Source: Candidatus Entotheonellaceae bacterium (GTDB taxonomy: Bacteria; Tectomicrobia; Entotheonellia; Entotheonellales; Entotheonellaceae). Taken from it: DNA of 64,000 nt. Of this stretch, positions 20,236-33,652 are shown piece after piece. Under the pieces are notes generated by a model. It was not told the origin of the DNA. It made no database searches and worked only from the letters and a program-made list of their open reading frames with translations. Positions within the stretch are counted from its first letter, which is position 1. Each line of letters opens with the position of its first letter. Made by a program: the position numbers and the translations under genes. The stretch spans positions 2,880,001 through 2,944,000 of the forward strand of contig OZ250173.1 in assembly GCA_965238075.1 (NCBI GenBank). Reading direction: 5' to 3'.

Positions 20236-23200
20236 TTGGATAGCATATTTAATTTGTATGAGAAACCCAAAGACCCCACTTCTTTCAGTGCGATCCGCAT
20301 TCGTCTCGCGTCGCCACAAAAGATCCGCTCTTGGTCACACGGCGAGGTCAAAAAGCCAGAAACCATTAACTATCGCACCTTCAAGCCTGAGCGCGACGGG
20401 TTGTTCTGCGCCAAGATTTTTGGCCCAGCGAAGGACTGGGAATGCAACTGTGGCAAATACAAACGCATGAAGCACCGCGGCGTCGTCTGCGAAAAATGCG
20501 GTGTGGAGGTTATCCAGTCCAAAGTGCGGCGTGAGCGACTTGGACACATTGAACTGGCGTGCCCGGTGTCCCATGTTTGGTTTTTCAAAGGTATTCCAAG
20601 TCGTATTGGAATCCTGCTGGACATGTCTTTGCGGGAGTTGGAGCGCATTCTTTATTTCGAAAACTACGTGGTTATAGACCCTGGTGTAACAGGGTTGAAA
20701 AAGCAAGAACTCCTCATGGAGGAACGTCATCGCGAACTAGTCAAGGAGCACGGCAGCAAGGTCGTAACGTATGGCGTCAAGCCGTATGAGGAATCTCGTC
20801 GTCTCGAACCTAGCGCCGATGTTGTAACTGGCATGGGGGCCGAAGCGATCCGCGAGTTGCTGCGTCGTTTGGACCTTGACGAGCTAGCTGAGTCCCTGCG
20901 GTCAGAGATGCATGAGTCGGCGTCGCTGCAAAAACGCAAGAAAATCATCAAACGGCTAAAGGTCGTTGAAGCCTTCCGCAAATCGGACAACCGACCCGAA
21001 TGGATGATTCTTGAAGTAATACCCGTGATTCCGCCAGAGCTGCGCCCATTGGTGCCATTAGACGGAGGGCGTTTTGCCACCTCGGACTTGAACGACTTGT
21101 ACCGCAGGGTCATCAACCGAAATAATCGGCTGATCCGTTTGCAGGAGTTGCGCGCTCCGGAAATCATCATTCGTAATGAGAAACGCATGTTACAAGAAGC
21201 CGTGGACGCGCTGTTCGACAATGGGCGACGCGGCCGTGCCTTGCGGGGGCCGAACAAGCGTCCGCTGAAATCCTTGAGTGACATGCTTAAAGGTAAGCAA
21301 GGACGTTTTCGCCAGAACCTGCTGGGAAAACGAGTCGACTACTCTGGACGTTCTGTTATTGTCGTGGGGCCGGAACTCAAGTTGCACCAGTGCGGGCTGC
21401 CAAAAATAATGGCTTTGGAGCTCTTCAAGCCCTTCATCTATCACAAACTCGAAGAACGTGGACACGTTAACACCATCAAGAGCGCCAAGAGGATGGTGGA
21501 AAAGGGTCTGCCGGAAGTATGGGATGCCCTTGACGAGATCATCCACGAGTACACGGTATTACTGAACCGGGCGCCCACCCTTCATCGCCTTGGCATTCAG
21601 GCCTTTGAACCTGTGCTGGTAGAGGGCAAGGCAATCCGTATTCACCCGCTGGTATGTGCGGCATTCAACGCCGATTTCGACGGCGATCAAATGGCAGTTC
21701 ACGTGCCTCTCTCTGTCGAAGCTCAAGTAGAAGCCAAGACCCTCATGCTATCCGTGAATAATATCCTGTCGGCTGCCCACGGTAAGCCCTTGGCAGTGCC
21801 CAGCCAAGATATCATTATGGGCTGCTACTATATGACCAAGGAGCGGGGTGGAAGTCTCGGAGAGGGCAAACTGTTTACGAGTCCCGAGGAAGTTCGCATT
21901 GCATATGATGCCGAGGAGATTGGATTACAGGCTCGTATCCGTGTGCGGATGGGCAAGGATGTTGTGCCCACCACGGTCGGCCGTATTCTCCTCCGTGAGG
22001 TTTTGCCGCCGGAATTGGAATTCGAGCGGGTGAATCGGCACATGGATAAGGCTTCCCTTACGGACTTGGTGGCGGAATGCTATCAGCGTGTTGGGAAGGA
22101 ACGGACCGTACAACTCTTGGAAGACCTCAAGACACTTGGGTTCCAATATGCAACTCAGTCCGGGCTCTCCATCGGAATAGATGATATGCACATCCCGATG
22201 ATGAAGGAGTCTTTGATCGAAGAAGCCCAAACTCAAGTTGTAGATGTCGAGAGTCAGTATCGAGAGGGCCTCATCACGAACGGCGAGCGCTACAACAAAA
22301 TCGTCGACATTTGGGCAAAGGTCACTGAGCAGGTGTCCAACGAAATGTTCAAGGAATTGGAGCGGGAAGACCTTGAGGTTATGCATAGTCGTGGCGCCAA
22401 CGGGGCTCGGCACGACTTTAATCCCATCTATGCAATGGCCAACTCGGGAGCACGCGGTGGTTTGCAGCAGATTCGACAACTGGCAGGCATGCGAGGGTTA
22501 ATGGCTAAGCCAAGCGGGGAAATCATGGAGACGCCGATTACGGCGAATTTCCGCGAAGGGCTTAGTGTGCTCCAGTATTTCATTTCTACACACGGAGCGA
22601 GGAAAGGGCTTGCAGATACGGCCCTGAAGACGGCTAATTCCGGCTATTTGACCCGTCGTTTGGTAGATGTGGCCCAGGATGTGATCGTCCTGACCCAAGA
22701 CTGCGGTACTCTTGGCGGCGTTACGGTGACTGCTCTTGTTCAAAGCGGTGAGATCATCGAATCGCTCGGAGAGCGAATCCTGGGTCGTGTCACTGCCGAA
22801 GATGTGCTGGATCCTTATAGCGGCGAGATGTTGGTTGTCCGCAATACGCTTGTCGATGAGGAAGCTGCGGAGCGCATCGAAAACGCTGGGCTTGAGCATG
22901 TTGTCATGCGATCTGTACTTACCTGTGAGTTGAAAAGTGGCATCTGTGCAATGTGTTACGGGCGCAATTTGGCTTCTGGTTCTTTAGCCGAAATCGGCGA
23001 GGCTGTGGGCGTTATTGCTGCCCAGTCGATTGGCGAGCCAGGCACGCAGCTCACCATGCGAACGTTTCACATCGGAGGGGCTGCGAGCTTACAGGTAGAC
23101 CAGAGCACCTTGCAGGCCAAGAACAATGGGGTGGTGCGCTACCAGAATCTTCGCACGGTAAATAATCGCGAAGGTGCGATGGTGGTTATGAACCGTAACG

Positions 23201-24453
23201 GCGTCCTGGTTATCCAGGACAAGGAGGAACGCGAGAAAGAGCGTTACCCAATTGAGTACGGAGCACGTCTAAGGGTGAGGGACGGCCAGAAGATCGAACG
23301 CGGTGAAAACCTGGTCGAGTGGGATCCTTACACTCGTTCGATTCTTGCAGAGGTTTCCGGTCGCGTCGCCTACGGCGATATTGTGGAAGGTGTTACAGTT
23401 CAGGAAGAACTAGACGAACAGACCGGATTGTCGCAGAAAGTGATCCTCGACCACCACGATGAAAAGCGTCAACCGCGCGTGTCCATCAAGGATGAACAGA
23501 ATACGACATTAGGACGCCATCAACTCCCTGCTGGTGCGCACATTTCCGTGACGGATGGAGAAATGGTTTCCGCTGGCGACGTTTTGGTAAAGATCCCGCG
23601 CGAAACGGCAAAGACAAAAGATATCACCGGTGGGTTGCCGCGTGTTGCTGAGCTCTTTGAAGCCCGGAAACCGAAGGAACAAGCGATCATTTCCGAGATC
23701 GATGGTGTTGTGAGGTTCGGAGGATTTCAGCGAGGAGCCCGCAAGGTTATTGTCGCGGCGGATAGCGGCGAAGAACGGGAATACCTGGTGCCACGAGGTA
23801 AATACGTCAATGTGCATGAGGGCGATCGGGTTCGCGCCAGTGAGCCATTGATGGATGGAGCGGTTAATCCTCATGATATTCTTGACATCCGGGGCGAGCA
23901 GGAACTGCAAAAATATCTCGTGAACGAAATCCAGGAGGTATATCGCCTTCAGGGGGTACAGATCAATGACAAGCACATTGAGGTGATTGTCAAGCAGATG
24001 CTGAAACGTGTGGTCGTTGAGGAGCCTGGAGACACCGAATTCTTGGTTGGTGAGCAAGTGGCCAAAACAATTTTCTCTCGCCGCAATCAGGCCGTTGTAG
24101 CCGAGGGGGGTGGACCAGCCCTTGGCAAGCCCATCCTCTTGGGAATCACCAAATCCTCATTAAGCACGGAGAGTTTCATTTCTGCAGCTTCTTTCCAGGA
24201 AACGACGCGTGTGCTGACGCAGGCCGCAGTGAGTGGCATGGTTGACCGGCTCCGCGGCTTGAAAGAGAACGTCATCATGGGTCGCGTCATTCCGGCTGGC
24301 ACAGGTATCGCTCAACACCAGGACAATCTGGCCGAACCGGATGTGAATGGGGTGGACGAATACGTCGATGAAACACAGACTTTCCCGGCTGCTGGTGATG
24401 AATCCAATGCGGATGTCATGCTTGCCGCTGAGAGTCAAGAAGGGAGCAATTAG
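20236..24453 (+). CDS. rpoC: RNA polymerase beta' subunit
   Basis: NADFDGD catalytic motif, N-terminal zinc finger. Confidence 0.99.
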   Translation: MDSIFNLYEKPKDPTSFSAIRIRLASPQKIRSWSHGEVKKPETINYRTFKPERDGLFCAKIFGPAKDWECNCGKYKRMKHRGVVCEKCGVEVIQSKVRRERLGHIELACPVSHVWFFKGIPSRIGILLDMSLRELERILYFENYVVIDPGVTGLKKQELLMEERHRELVKEHGSKVVTYGVKPYEESRRLEPSADVVTGMGAEAIRELLRRLDLDELAESLRSEMHESASLQKRKKIIKRLKVVEAFRKSDNRPEWMILEVIPVIPPELRPLVPLDGGRFATSDLNDLYRRVINRNNRLIRLQELRAPEIIIRNEKRMLQEAVDALFDNGRRGRALRGPNKRPLKSLSDMLKGKQGRFRQNLLGKRVDYSGRSVIVVGPELKLHQCGLPKIMALELFKPFIYHKLEERGHVNTIKSAKRMVEKGLPEVWDALDEIIHEYTVLLNRAPTLHRLGIQAFEPVLVEGKAIRIHPLVCAAFNADFDGDQMAVHVPLSVEAQVEAKTLMLSVNNILSAAHGKPLAVPSQDIIMGCYYMTKERGGSLGEGKLFTSPEEVRIAYDAEEIGLQARIRVRMGKDVVPTTVGRILLREVLPPELEFERVNRHMDKASLTDLVAECYQRVGKERTVQLLEDLKTLGFQYATQSGLSIGIDDMHIPMMKESLIEEAQTQVVDVESQYREGLITNGERYNKIVDIWAKVTEQVSNEMFKELEREDLEVMHSRGANGARHDFNPIYAMANSGARGGLQQIRQLAGMRGLMAKPSGEIMETPITANFREGLSVLQYFISTHGARKGLADTALKTANSGYLTRRLVDVAQDVIVLTQDCGTLGGVTVTALVQSGEIIESLGERILGRVTAEDVLDPYSGEMLVVRNTLVDEEAAERIENAGLEHVVMRSVLTCELKSGICAMCYGRNLASGSLAEIGEAVGVIAAQSIGEPGTQLTMRTFHIGGAASLQVDQSTLQAKNNGVVRYQNLRTVNNREGAMVVMNRNGVLVIQDKEEREKERYPIEYGARLRVRDGQKIERGENLVEWDPYTRSILAEVSGRVAYGDIVEGVTVQEELDEQTGLSQKVILDHHDEKRQPRVSIKDEQNTTLGRHQLPAGAHISVTDGEMVSAGDVLVKIPRETAKTKDITGGLPRVAELFEARKPKEQAIISEIDGVVRFGGFQRGARKVIVAADSGEEREYLVPRGKYVNVHEGDRVRASEPLMDGAVNPHDILDIRGEQELQKYLVNEIQEVYRLQGVQINDKHIEVIVKQMLKRVVVEEPGDTEFLVGEQVAKTIFSRRNQAVVAEGGGPALGKPILLGITKSSLSTESFISAASFQETTRVLTQAAVSGMVDRLRGLKENVIMGRVIPAGTGIAQHQDNLAEPDVNGVDEYVDETQTFPAAGDESNADVMLAAESQEGSN

Positions 24454-24525
24454 AAGCGTGGTAATTCTTGACAATCCATAGAGTTGTGTTGTACACACAT
24501 ATCAGTTCCTGATAGAAGGTTTCTT

Positions 24526-24894
24526 ATGCCTACGATTCATCAGTTGGTTCAAAAGGGACGGAAGCGAGCGAAGAAAAAAACCTCGAGTCCCGCGTTGCGT
24601 TCAAACCCTCAAAAACGAGGGGTTTGCATGAGAGTCTATACTTCGACTCCAAAGAAGCCGAACTCCGCCCTGCGTAAGGTGGCACGTGTACGGCTTACCA
24701 ACGGTGTCGAAGTGACGGCATACATTCCGGGTGTCGGCCACAATTTGCAGGAACATGCAATCGTTTTAATCCGGGGTGGGCGCGTGAAGGATTTGCCGGG
24801 CGTGCGGTATCATATTGTGCGCGGTACTTTGGACACGATGGGGGTTCAAAACCGCAAAAAGGGCAGGTCGAAATACGGGGCTAAGAGGTCGTAA
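24526..24894 (+). CDS. rpsL: 30S ribosomal protein S12
   Basis: [27 protein letters not shown]. Confidence 0.99.
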   Translation: MPTIHQLVQKGRKRAKKKTSSPALRSNPQKRGVCMRVYTSTPKKPNSALRKVARVRLTNGVEVTAYIPGVGHNLQEHAIVLIRGGRVKDLPGVRYHIVRGTLDTMGVQNRKKGRSKYGAKRS

Positions 24895-24958
24895 TTTAGT
24901 TCGAGGGAGGTGGTAGTGATTTTTCATACCACCACCTCTTTATTTTTGGAGAGGCTGT

Positions 24959-25429
24959 ATGCCACGAAGAAAAGTTGTGACGAAGCGGCCGGTTTTGCCG
25001 GATCCTAGATACGGTGACGCATTCGTCACGCGTTGTGTCAATGTCTTGATGAAGCGCGGGAAGAAGAGTATTGCTGAACGGATCATGTACGGTGCAATGG
25101 ACGTGCTTGGCGAACAAACTGGCGAAGAACCACTGAAGGTATTCCGACAAGCCGTGGACAACGTACGACCTGTCATCGAAGTGCGGTCACGCAGAGTGGG
25201 AGGGTCCACCTATCAGATTCCAGTGGACGTCCCGCCCGAACGACGAATCGCTTTGAGCATGCGTTGGATTGTCGCGAGCGCTCGCGCTCGTAGCGAGCGA
25301 GGGATGTTAAGGCGTTTGGCGGCAGAGCTATTTGATGCGTATCGTAATACGGGGAACGCGGTAAAGAGAAAGGAAGACACACATCGTATGGCGGAAGCCA
25401 ATAAAGCTTTCGCTCATTATCGTTGGTGA
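24959..25429 (+). CDS. rpsG: 30S ribosomal protein S7
   Basis: [24 protein letters not shown]. Confidence 0.99.
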   Translation: MPRRKVVTKRPVLPDPRYGDAFVTRCVNVLMKRGKKSIAERIMYGAMDVLGEQTGEEPLKVFRQAVDNVRPVIEVRSRRVGGSTYQIPVDVPPERRIALSMRWIVASARARSERGMLRRLAAELFDAYRNTGNAVKRKEDTHRMAEANKAFAHYRW

Positions 25430-25466
25430 TCACTATCCATATTACTTTCCAGTAGAAATTCCTTGC

Positions 25467-25517
25467 CCAACACCCTTGGGTGCTTTCTGCGAGTTGTGAC
25501 GAGAGCAAGGGTGTTGG
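25467..25517. repeat. 12-bp perfect inverted repeat in the rpsG-fusA spacer
   Basis: CCAACACCCTTG (25467-25478) / CAAGGGTGTTGG (25506-25517). Confidence 0.85.
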
Positions 25518-25645
25518 CTCACCGCCTGGCATGCTTTTCTGAAGCCAAATTGTAGCGTCTTCGATTGTGCTCAACAATTACAGTGAGCACCAACTGGGCT
25601 CACTTACGTGGTATTGCGCGTTGCAGAAAGAGAAATGAGGTTCCT

Positions 25646-27712
25646 GTGCCCCGGCTAGTCCCGTTGGAAAGAACACGTAACATCGGCATCATTGCGCACA
25701 TTGACGCGGGGAAGACGACAACGACTGAACGTATCCTCTATTACACGGGTAGGTCACATCGCCTGGGTGAAGTCCACGAAGGTTCTGCCACGATGGATTG
25801 GATGGTTCAGGAGCAGGAGCGAGGGATCACGATCACCTCCGCTGCCACGACGTGTTCCTGGGGTGATCACGTCATCAACATCATTGACACACCGGGGCAC
25901 GTGGACTTTACGGCCGAAGTGGAACGGAGCTTGCGCGTGCTTGATGGCGCGGTGGGCCTTTTCTGCGCGGTAGGAGGTGTGGAGCCGCAATCGGAGACCG
26001 TGTGGCGTCAGGCGGAGAAGTATCGTGTGCCACGCATAGCATTCGTGAATAAGTTGGACCGCGCAGGGGCCGATTTTTTTCGCACGATAAGGGCGATGAA
26101 AGATCGATTGGGGACCTCTCCAGTGGTTTTACAACTGCCATTGGGCAGTGAGGAGAAGTTCTGCGGGGTGATCGACCTACTACGAATGCAAGCACTCGTT
26201 TACGACGAGGACAACCTGGGAGTTGGGTACCGTACGACGGACATTCCTGATTCTTACCACGAGCAGGCGAGACAATACCAAGCGCGTCTGGTCGAAGATG
26301 TGGCAGAATTGGACGATGCTCTCATGGAGCGGTATTTAGCCGAGGAGGTTGTTACTCCTGGAGACCTCGCCAAGGTAATCCGTCAAGGTACAATCAACAA
26401 TCAAATCACACCGGTTTTCTGTGGTGCTGCATTCCGGAATAAAGGCGTCCAACCCCTGCTGGATGGCATTGTCGATTACTTACCCTCACCTGTCGATGTC
26501 CCCCCCATGGTTGGCATAGAATCCAAAACAGGAGAAAGAATTTTCCGTGCGGCCGACGACAATGCCCTAGCGGCGTTAGCGTTCAAAGTCATGGTTGACC
26601 CTTATGTGGGACAATTAGTCTTCGTGCGGGTTTACTCCGGGGTGTTAGAGGCAGGTTCTTACGTGTACAACTCCACTAAGGGTAAACAAGAACGCATCGG
26701 GCGCCTGATGAAAATGCATGCCAACAAGAGAGAGGACGTGAAGGTAATTCAGGCTGGAGACATCGGTGCGGTAATCGGTCTGAAGACTACAGCAACCGGC
26801 GATACGTTGTGCGACACCTCTCAGCCAGTCGTCTTGGAAGCGATAACGTTCCCTGAGCCAGTGATGGCGATCGCTATTGAACCAAAGACCAAAGCTGACA
26901 GCGATAAACTGGGCATGTCGCTCAGTAAAATCTCTCGAGAGGACCCGACCTTCCGGGTGCGGATTGACAAAGAAACCGGTCAAACCATCATTTCCGGTAT
27001 GGGCGAGTTACACCTCGAAATTCTCGTGGACCGTCTAGCACGGGAATTTCAGGTTGCTGCTCACGTGTCCCGCCCTCAGGTGGCATACAGGGAATCGATT
27101 CAGCGTGCCGCAGAATCCGAAGGACGCTTTGTGAGACAGAGCGGTGGCCGAGGGCAATATGGTCACGTTAAGATGCGCTTTGAGCCCTTGGAACGCGGCG
27201 TTGGGTATGTTTTTGAAGACGACATTGTTGGCGGGGCGGTGCCCAAGGAATACATCTCGGCCGTAGAGGCGGGTGTCGCCGAGGCAATGCGGCATGGTAT
27301 TCTCATGGGACACCCGGTAGTCGATCTGAAAGCTACTCTCTACGATGGGTCGTATCACGATGTTGATTCTTCGGAACTGGCTTTTAAGGTAGCAGCGTCC
27401 ATGGCATTTAAGGAAGCCGTAAAAAAAGCTGATCCAGTGATTCTGGAGCCTATCGTGAGTGTTGAAGTCGTGGTTCCAAATGAATACCTGGGTGATATTA
27501 TTGGCGATCTGAATAGCCGTCGAGGCAAAGTGCGAGGCATGGAAGATCGGGCTGGTGCTAAAGTTGTGTCGGGCCATGTGCCGTTAGCAGAGATGTTTGG
27601 CTACGCTACAGACCTGCGTTCCCGGACGCAGGGACGGGCGACATTTACGATGCAGTTTGCGCTCTACGAGACCGTTCCATCCCATAAGCAAACGGAGTTG
27701 TGTGCCTTGTAG
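25646..27712 (+). CDS. fusA: Elongation factor G
   Basis: [33 protein letters not shown] start after GAGG. Confidence 0.98.
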   Translation: MPRLVPLERTRNIGIIAHIDAGKTTTTERILYYTGRSHRLGEVHEGSATMDWMVQEQERGITITSAATTCSWGDHVINIIDTPGHVDFTAEVERSLRVLDGAVGLFCAVGGVEPQSETVWRQAEKYRVPRIAFVNKLDRAGADFFRTIRAMKDRLGTSPVVLQLPLGSEEKFCGVIDLLRMQALVYDEDNLGVGYRTTDIPDSYHEQARQYQARLVEDVAELDDALMERYLAEEVVTPGDLAKVIRQGTINNQITPVFCGAAFRNKGVQPLLDGIVDYLPSPVDVPPMVGIESKTGERIFRAADDNALAALAFKVMVDPYVGQLVFVRVYSGVLEAGSYVYNSTKGKQERIGRLMKMHANKREDVKVIQAGDIGAVIGLKTTATGDTLCDTSQPVVLEAITFPEPVMAIAIEPKTKADSDKLGMSLSKISREDPTFRVRIDKETGQTIISGMGELHLEILVDRLAREFQVAAHVSRPQVAYRESIQRAAESEGRFVRQSGGRGQYGHVKMRFEPLERGVGYVFEDDIVGGAVPKEYISAVEAGVAEAMRHGILMGHPVVDLKATLYDGSYHDVDSSELAFKVAASMAFKEAVKKADPVILEPIVSVEVVVPNEYLGDIIGDLNSRRGKVRGMEDRAGAKVVSGHVPLAEMFGYATDLRSRTQGRATFTMQFALYETVPSHKQTELCAL

Positions 27713-27785
27713 AGGCCGTTTGGATAGAGGTCTGGCAAGGCTGCATAGTGTTCAGGAAGTTATAACACAGAGGGGGATTGAGTTA

Positions 27786-28979
27786 ATGTCGAAGGCGAAA
27801 TTCAAGCGTAGCAAGCCGCACGTCAACGTCGGGACGATCGGTCACGTAGACCACGGCAAGACGACGCTCACGTCTGCCATAACGCAGGTACTGGCAGCGC
27901 AAGGCAAGGCGGACTATGTGCCCTTTGACCAGATCGACAAGGCGCCCGAGGAAAAAGCCCGCGGCATCACCATTGCTACTGCACACGTGGAATACGAAAG
28001 CGAGAACCGCCACTACGCCCACGTCGATTGTCCGGGTCACGCCGACTACGTGAAGAACATGATCACGGGTGCAGCGCAGATGGACGGGGCGATCTTGGTG
28101 GTGAGTGCCGCCGATGGCGCGATGCCGCAGACGCGCGAGCATATCCTGTTGGCGCGTCAGGTTGGGGTGCCCTACATCGTGGTGTTCATGAACAAAGTGG
28201 ACATGGTGGACGATGAAGAGTTGCTGGACTTGGTGGAGTTGGAGTTGCGGGAGTTGCTTAGCAAGTACGAATTTCCTGGCGACGACATTCCGATTATCCG
28301 GGGCAGTGCACTGCAGGCCTTGGAGAGTGGCGATCCGAGTGCTTCGGAGAGCGCTTGCGTCTTTGAGTTAATGGGTGCGATTGATGAATACGTGCCGACG
28401 CCGCAGCGCGCCATAGACCGGCCGTTTCTGATGCCCGTGGAGGACGTATTCACGATATCGGGTCGAGGGACGGTGGCGACGGGTCGTATTGAGCGTGGCG
28501 TGGTGACGGTAGGCGACGATGTGGAGATCGTGGGGATGAAGGAGACGCACAAGACGGTGGCGACGGGCGTGGAGATGTTTCGGAAGATATTGGACCGTGG
28601 CGAGGCAGGTGATAACATAGGGGTATTGTTGCGCGGTGTGAAGCGCGATGAGATAGAGCGTGGTCAGGTATTGGCGAAGCCGGGTTCGATTACGCCACAC
28701 ACGCGTTTTCAGGCAGAGGTGTACGTGTTGTCGAAAGACGAGGGAGGTCGTCACACGCCGTTTTTCAATGGCTACCGGCCGCAGTTTTACTTTCGCACGA
28801 CGGATGTGACGGGTGTGGTGACATTGCCCTCGGGTACGGAGATGGTGATGCCTGGGGACAACGTTGGCGTGGAGGTGGAGTTAATCACGCCGATTGCTTT
28901 GGAGAAAGAGTTGCGCTTTGCGATCCGTGAGGGCGGCCGGACGGTAGGGGCGGGCGTCGTTAGTGAAATACTGGCGTAG
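27786..28979 (+). CDS. tuf: Elongation factor Tu (copy 2)
   Basis: Protein identical to copy 1; true ATG at 27786. Confidence 0.99.
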   Translation: MSKAKFKRSKPHVNVGTIGHVDHGKTTLTSAITQVLAAQGKADYVPFDQIDKAPEEKARGITIATAHVEYESENRHYAHVDCPGHADYVKNMITGAAQMDGAILVVSAADGAMPQTREHILLARQVGVPYIVVFMNKVDMVDDEELLDLVELELRELLSKYEFPGDDIPIIRGSALQALESGDPSASESACVFELMGAIDEYVPTPQRAIDRPFLMPVEDVFTISGRGTVATGRIERGVVTVGDDVEIVGMKETHKTVATGVEMFRKILDRGEAGDNIGVLLRGVKRDEIERGQVLAKPGSITPHTRFQAEVYVLSKDEGGRHTPFFNGYRPQFYFRTTDVTGVVTLPSGTEMVMPGDNVGVEVELITPIALEKELRFAIREGGRTVGAGVVSEILA

Positions 28980-29014
28980 GGTGGCCACAAATCACATAAA
29001 GGCTTGATGGAGCG

Positions 29015-29323
29015 ATGGCTGGACAAAAGATTCGTATACGTCTTAAGGCGTATGATCATCGGATTCTCGATCAATCGGTGGGCGAAATTGTAGAAACGGC
29101 TAAACGAACCGGGGCTAGAATTGTGGGTCCCATTCCTTTGCCGACAGTGTTGAATAAATATACGGTTTTGCGCTCGCCACATGTTGACAAGAAATCCCGT
29201 GAACAGTTTGAGATTCGGACGCATAAGCGCCTTTTGGACATTGTTGAGCCAACTCCGCAGACCGTGGAGGCCCTGATGAAACTAGACTTGTCCGCAGGGA
29301 TTGATGTGGAAATCAAGCTGTAG
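29015..29323 (+). CDS. rpsJ: 30S ribosomal protein S10
   Basis: [25 protein letters not shown]. Confidence 0.99.
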   Translation: MAGQKIRIRLKAYDHRILDQSVGEIVETAKRTGARIVGPIPLPTVLNKYTVLRSPHVDKKSREQFEIRTHKRLLDIVEPTPQTVEALMKLDLSAGIDVEIKL

Positions 29324-29336
29324 GAGAACCGGGCGC

Positions 29337-29996
29337 ATGTTGCGGGGATTGATTGGACGGAAAGTGGGAATGACTCAGATCTTCTCTGACGAAGGGGAGG
29401 TTATTCCTGTCACTGCTATCGAAACCGGTCCGTGCTGGGTCATCCAGAAGAAAAATCAAACACGTGATGGTTATACGGCGGTTCAACTTGGTTTCGGGGC
29501 CGGCAAAGTCAAACGTACCACTAAGCCACTAAGAGGGCACTTCCAACGCAGCAATGTGCCCCCAACACGCTGGCTTCGGGAGTTTCGTGTTGACGAGCAA
29601 ACGCTCGAAGAACTCGAGGAAGGCCAGCAGATTTCGGGCGAAATTTTTGCCAATTGGCGTTATGTAGACGTGACCGGCACCTCAAAAGGGCGGGGATTTA
29701 CGGGTGTAATGAAACGTCATAACTTTGCCGGTAAAAACCGATCCCACGGCACACACGAACATTTCCGACATGGGGGATCAATCGGAGCCTCCGCAACCCC
29801 TTCCAGAGTGTTTAAGAACAGGGGCATGCCTGGGCAATACGGCAACGAGCGGGTGACAGTGCAGAAGCTTGAAGTGGTTAGGTTTCTGGAAGAGCGTCAC
29901 CTGTTGTTGGTTAAGGGGGCGGTACCGGGACCGAACGGGGGCATGATATTGGTTCAGGTTAGCAAAAAGCACCCGCAGGAAACGGGGGAACGTTGA
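29337..29996 (+). CDS. rplC: 50S ribosomal protein L3
   Basis: [29 protein letters not shown]. Confidence 0.98.
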   Translation: MLRGLIGRKVGMTQIFSDEGEVIPVTAIETGPCWVIQKKNQTRDGYTAVQLGFGAGKVKRTTKPLRGHFQRSNVPPTRWLREFRVDEQTLEELEEGQQISGEIFANWRYVDVTGTSKGRGFTGVMKRHNFAGKNRSHGTHEHFRHGGSIGASATPSRVFKNRGMPGQYGNERVTVQKLEVVRFLEERHLLLVKGAVPGPNGGMILVQVSKKHPQETGER

Positions 29997-30616
29997 TGAA
30001 CATTGACGTATATGATTCTCAAGGTCAGGTCCTCCGTCAAGCCGAATTGCCGGATGGTGTATTCGGGGTCGAGGTGAGGGACCACTTGCTTTACGAGGTT
30101 GTGCGTTATCAACTTGCACGCCGGCGGCAGGGAACGGCGCATGCCAAGAATCGCTCCGCTGTGCGTGGTGGTGGGCGCAAGCCATGGCGTCAAAAGGGCA
30201 CTGGACGTGCACGTGCGGGCTCCCTACGTTCGCCATTGTGGCGTGGTGGAGGGGCGATTTTTGGCCCTATGCCGCGCTCTTATGCTTACAGCATGCCGAA
30301 GAAGAAACGCCGTGCGGCACTCTGTGGCGCCTTAAGCCTAAAGCTACGCGAAAATGCCTTTCGTGTTATTGAACGCTTTGACGTTGTTCAACCGAAAACC
30401 CGCCAGATCGTGCAGATGATTAGAATTTTCACAGATGAGCCCAAGGTGCTCTTGCTTGTTGGAGAGCCGAACGAGACGTTACATCTCTCTGCACGAAACA
30501 TTCAACAGGTCAAGGTGTTGCCCGTTGCGGGGTTAAATGTATACGACTTGCTGCATTACACTACGGTAATTTGTGCCGAGGAAGCTCTGGACGAAATTGC
30601 AGGGAGGCTTGCCTAA
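29993..30616 (+). CDS. rplD: 50S ribosomal protein L4
   Basis: KPWRQKGTGRARAG. Confidence 0.98.
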   Translation: MMNIDVYDSQGQVLRQAELPDGVFGVEVRDHLLYEVVRYQLARRRQGTAHAKNRSAVRGGGRKPWRQKGTGRARAGSLRSPLWRGGGAIFGPMPRSYAYSMPKKKRRAALCGALSLKLRENAFRVIERFDVVQPKTRQIVQMIRIFTDEPKVLLLVGEPNETLHLSARNIQQVKVLPVAGLNVYDLLHYTTVICAEEALDEIAGRLA

Positions 30617-30617
30617 C

Positions 30618-30905
30618 ATGGAGTATCATCAAATTGTTAGACGGCCCTTGATCACTGAAAAAGGCATGCGCTACAACGAGCAGCAAAACACAGTGATATT
30701 TCAGGTGGATCCCGGGGCTAACAAGCTGCAAATCAAACAAGCTCTTGAAGGCCTGTTTCAAGTTAAGGTTTTGCGCATAAACACCCTCAATATCCAAGGT
30801 AAGAAAAAGCGGATTCGGGGGCGAGAAGGCAAGAGACCTGATTGGAAAAAAGCCTATGTGACTTTGCGGGAAGGCGATAGTATCACCTTCTTCGAAGGGG
30901 TCTAA
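30618..30905 (+). CDS. rplW: 50S ribosomal protein L23
   Basis: [21 protein letters not shown]. Confidence 0.97.
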   Translation: MEYHQIVRRPLITEKGMRYNEQQNTVIFQVDPGANKLQIKQALEGLFQVKVLRINTLNIQGKKKRIRGREGKRPDWKKAYVTLREGDSITFFEGV

Positions 30906-30919
30906 CGAGGGACGGGAAA

Positions 30920-31744
30920 ATGGCAATTCGCCGCTACAAGCCGACATCTCCAGGAAGGCGTTTTCAAACCGTAAGTACGTTCGAAGAGATTACTTCTTCG
31001 AACCCTGAACGGAGCTTGCTTCGTTCTGTGAGGAAATCCGGCGGACGTAACAGCAATGGGCGTATTACCAGTAGGCGTCGTGGAGGGGGGCATAAGCGGC
31101 GTTACCGCGTAGTCGATTTTAAACGTACGAAGGATGAAGTTCCGGCTCGCGTCGTCTCCATTGAATATGACCCCAATCGATCCGCACGTGTGGCGCTTTT
31201 GCACTATCTGGATGGGGAAAAGCGGTATATCCTGGCCCCAGCAAGTATTCAAGTTGGCGAAACCGTTATGTCCGGACCGCAGGCGGACATCCGGCCCGGA
31301 AATGCAATGGCGTTGAGCGATATGCCTCTCGGAATGACAATTCACAACATTGAACTTTCCCCAGGGAAAGGTGGGCAACTCGCCAGGAGTGCAGGGTCTT
31401 CCGCCCAACTCATGGCGCGCGAAGGCAAATATGCACAGTTGCGATTGACGTCAGGAGAGATGCGCCTGGTATTGGTAACGTGCCGGGCAACCATTGGACA
31501 AGTTGGCAATGCCGACCATGAAAATATTTCCGTTGGAAAGGCAGGGAGGTCGCGATGGTTGGGAAGGCGTCCTCGCGTGCGTGGCGTTGCAATGAATCCA
31601 GTTGATCACCCCCACGGCGGCGGTGAAGGGAAAACTTCGGGTGGTCGTCACCCGGTGACTCCGTGGGGTGTGCCAACGAAAGGTTACAAGACACGTCGGA
31701 ATAAGCGCACAGATAAATTCATCGTTCGGCGGCGTAAGCGGTGA
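30920..31744 (+). CDS. rplB: 50S ribosomal protein L2
   Basis: [21 protein letters not shown]. Confidence 0.99.
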   Translation: MAIRRYKPTSPGRRFQTVSTFEEITSSNPERSLLRSVRKSGGRNSNGRITSRRRGGGHKRRYRVVDFKRTKDEVPARVVSIEYDPNRSARVALLHYLDGEKRYILAPASIQVGETVMSGPQADIRPGNAMALSDMPLGMTIHNIELSPGKGGQLARSAGSSAQLMAREGKYAQLRLTSGEMRLVLVTCRATIGQVGNADHENISVGKAGRSRWLGRRPRVRGVAMNPVDHPHGGGEGKTSGGRHPVTPWGVPTKGYKTRRNKRTDKFIVRRRKR

Positions 31745-31775
31745 GGAATTATAGCTTAGGGCTGGGGAGGTAGAT

Positions 31776-32060
31776 GTGGGTCGTTCGATAAAGAAGGGGC
31801 CGTTTCTTGACGACCATTTGCTGAAAAAAGTTCAGTTGATGGAGCAGGCTCAGGAAAAGCGTATTATCCGGACATGGTCGCGACGTTCGACGATTATCCC
31901 AGAAATGGTAGGGCATACTATCGCCGTGCATAATGGAAAAAGGTTCATCCCGGTTTATATAACCGAGAATATGGTAGGGCATAAGCTTGGGGAGTTTTCG
32001 CCGACTCGCACTTTTCGTTCGCATAGTGGCATGACGAAGCGCACCACTGGTTTGAAATAA
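31776..32060 (+). CDS. rpsS: 30S ribosomal protein S19
   Basis: RS.KKGPF, TWSRRS, GHKLGEF. Confidence 0.99.
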   Translation: MGRSIKKGPFLDDHLLKKVQLMEQAQEKRIIRTWSRRSTIIPEMVGHTIAVHNGKRFIPVYITENMVGHKLGEFSPTRTFRSHSGMTKRTTGLK

Positions 32061-32106
32061 CAAAGTGCGTCGACCTTGCATCGGTGCATAAGGAAAGCGT
32101 CGTAAT

Positions 32107-32442
32107 ATGAAAGCAAGCGTGACACATCTTCGGATTTCCCCGCGCAAGGTAAGGATGGTTGTTGATACCGTGCGTGGTAAGAGTGCCAGCCAAGCCATGG
32201 ACATCTTGCGCTTCGCTCGTAAGAAGGCAGCCATGCCAGTGCAAAAGCTGCTTAAATCGGCTGTTGCAAATGCGGCGGAATATAACGGGGTCAGCAATGT
32301 AGATGATCTGTTTATTGAACGTATCACTGTTGATGAAGGACCAACCATAAAGCGACATATGCCGAGGGCACGTGGCAGGGCCACTCCGATTCGCAAGCGT
32401 ACGAGCCATGTACGGCTTGTTTTGCGCGAACGAGGCACTTGA
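32107..32442 (+). CDS. rplV: 50S ribosomal protein L22
   Basis: RISPRK, PRARGRA..IRKRTSH. Confidence 0.98.
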   Translation: MKASVTHLRISPRKVRMVVDTVRGKSASQAMDILRFARKKAAMPVQKLLKSAVANAAEYNGVSNVDDLFIERITVDEGPTIKRHMPRARGRATPIRKRTSHVRLVLRERGT

Positions 32443-32461
32443 TTCTTGAAAGGGGGGTATT

Positions 32462-33139
32462 GTGGGGCAAAAGGTTCATCCAATTGGCTTTCGATTGGGC
32501 ATAAATAAAACCTGGCAGTCAAATTGGTATGCCCGAAAGAATTATGCTGATTTGTTGCACGAAGATTTTATGGTCAGGGGCTACATCAAGAAGCGCTTGT
32601 ACCATGCTGGGATTTCGCGGGTGGAAATTGAGCGGGCGGCTAACCGTTCCAAGATCAATATTCACACTGCTCGCCCCGGAATTGTTATTGGCAAGCGGGG
32701 CGCGGAAGTCGATAAGTTAAAAAACGAGCTGCAAAACCTGACGCAGAAACAGGTGTCTATAAACATCCGAGAAATTCGGAAGGCAGAAATTGACGCACAG
32801 CTTATCGCAGAAAATATTGCCTTACAGTTGGAGCGCAGAGTGGCCTTTCGACGTGCAATGAAGAAGGCGATCACCTCTGCATTGCGTTTTGGAGCCAAAG
32901 GCATTCGGGTTGAGTCTTCAGGACGGCTGGCTGGCGCTGAGATGGCTCGCCGTGAATGGTATCGTGAGGGAGGGGTACCTCTTCATACTTTGCGTGCCGA
33001 TATTGATTACGGTTTTGCTGAAGCAAAAACGACTTACGGCCAGGTGGGTGTGAAGGTGTGGGTGTACAAGGGGGTGTTCGTGACACCTGAACAAGACGGG
33101 CAAGCTCTTGATGGCCCGCGCCCACGTCGGCGCCGCTAG
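32462..33139 (+). CDS. rpsC: 30S ribosomal protein S3
   Basis: [24 protein letters not shown]. Confidence 0.99.
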   Translation: MGQKVHPIGFRLGINKTWQSNWYARKNYADLLHEDFMVRGYIKKRLYHAGISRVEIERAANRSKINIHTARPGIVIGKRGAEVDKLKNELQNLTQKQVSINIREIRKAEIDAQLIAENIALQLERRVAFRRAMKKAITSALRFGAKGIRVESSGRLAGAEMARREWYREGGVPLHTLRADIDYGFAEAKTTYGQVGVKVWVYKGVFVTPEQDGQALDGPRPRRRR

Positions 33140-33156
33140 CGGAGGTAATTTAACTT

Positions 33157-33564
33157 ATGTTAATGCCACGAAAGACAAAATTCCGGAAGCAGCACCGTGG
33201 ACGCAGAACAGGTCAGGCGAGTCGCGGCAGTACGATCAGTTTCGGTCAATATGCCTTGCAGGCCCTTGAGCCAGCTTGGATAACAAGCCGACATATCGAA
33301 GCAGGTCGTATTGCCATGACACGGCACGTCCGGCGTGGCGGCAATGTATGGATTCGCATTTTCCCCGATAAGCCAGTCTCAAAAAAACCCGCTGAAACGC
33401 GCATGGGTAAAGGTAAGGGGGGGCCGGAATTTTGGGTGGCTGTTGTGAAACCTGGACGTATCCTCTACGAAATGGATGGTGTGGCTGAAGACGTAGCAAG
33501 AGAGGCTATGCGTCTGGCATCCCACAAGCTCCCCATCGCCACTCGTTTTCTCACAAAAGACTAA
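33157..33564 (+). CDS. rplP: 50S ribosomal protein L16
   Basis: [16 protein letters not shown]. Confidence 0.99.
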   Translation: MLMPRKTKFRKQHRGRRTGQASRGSTISFGQYALQALEPAWITSRHIEAGRIAMTRHVRRGGNVWIRIFPDKPVSKKPAETRMGKGKGGPEFWVAVVKPGRILYEMDGVAEDVAREAMRLASHKLPIATRFLTKD

Positions 33565-33621
33565 CCTGCGGGCGTCGTGGTGGATGTATTGTCCGAGAGC
33601 GCATGGTCGCGATAAAACTTG

Positions 33622-33652
33622 CCCCTCGCCGTTCACAGGCGGGAGGGGTTTT
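33622..33652 (+). terminator. Terminator-like hairpin in the rplP-rpmC spacer
   Basis: CCCCTCGCC-GTTCACA-GGCGGGAGGGG (bulged stem) followed by TTTT. Confidence 0.45.

Noticed and set aside
27597..27785. 63-aa N-terminal extension on the second EF-Tu
   Set aside because: Overlaps the fusA end; the RBS and ATG at 27786 match copy 1
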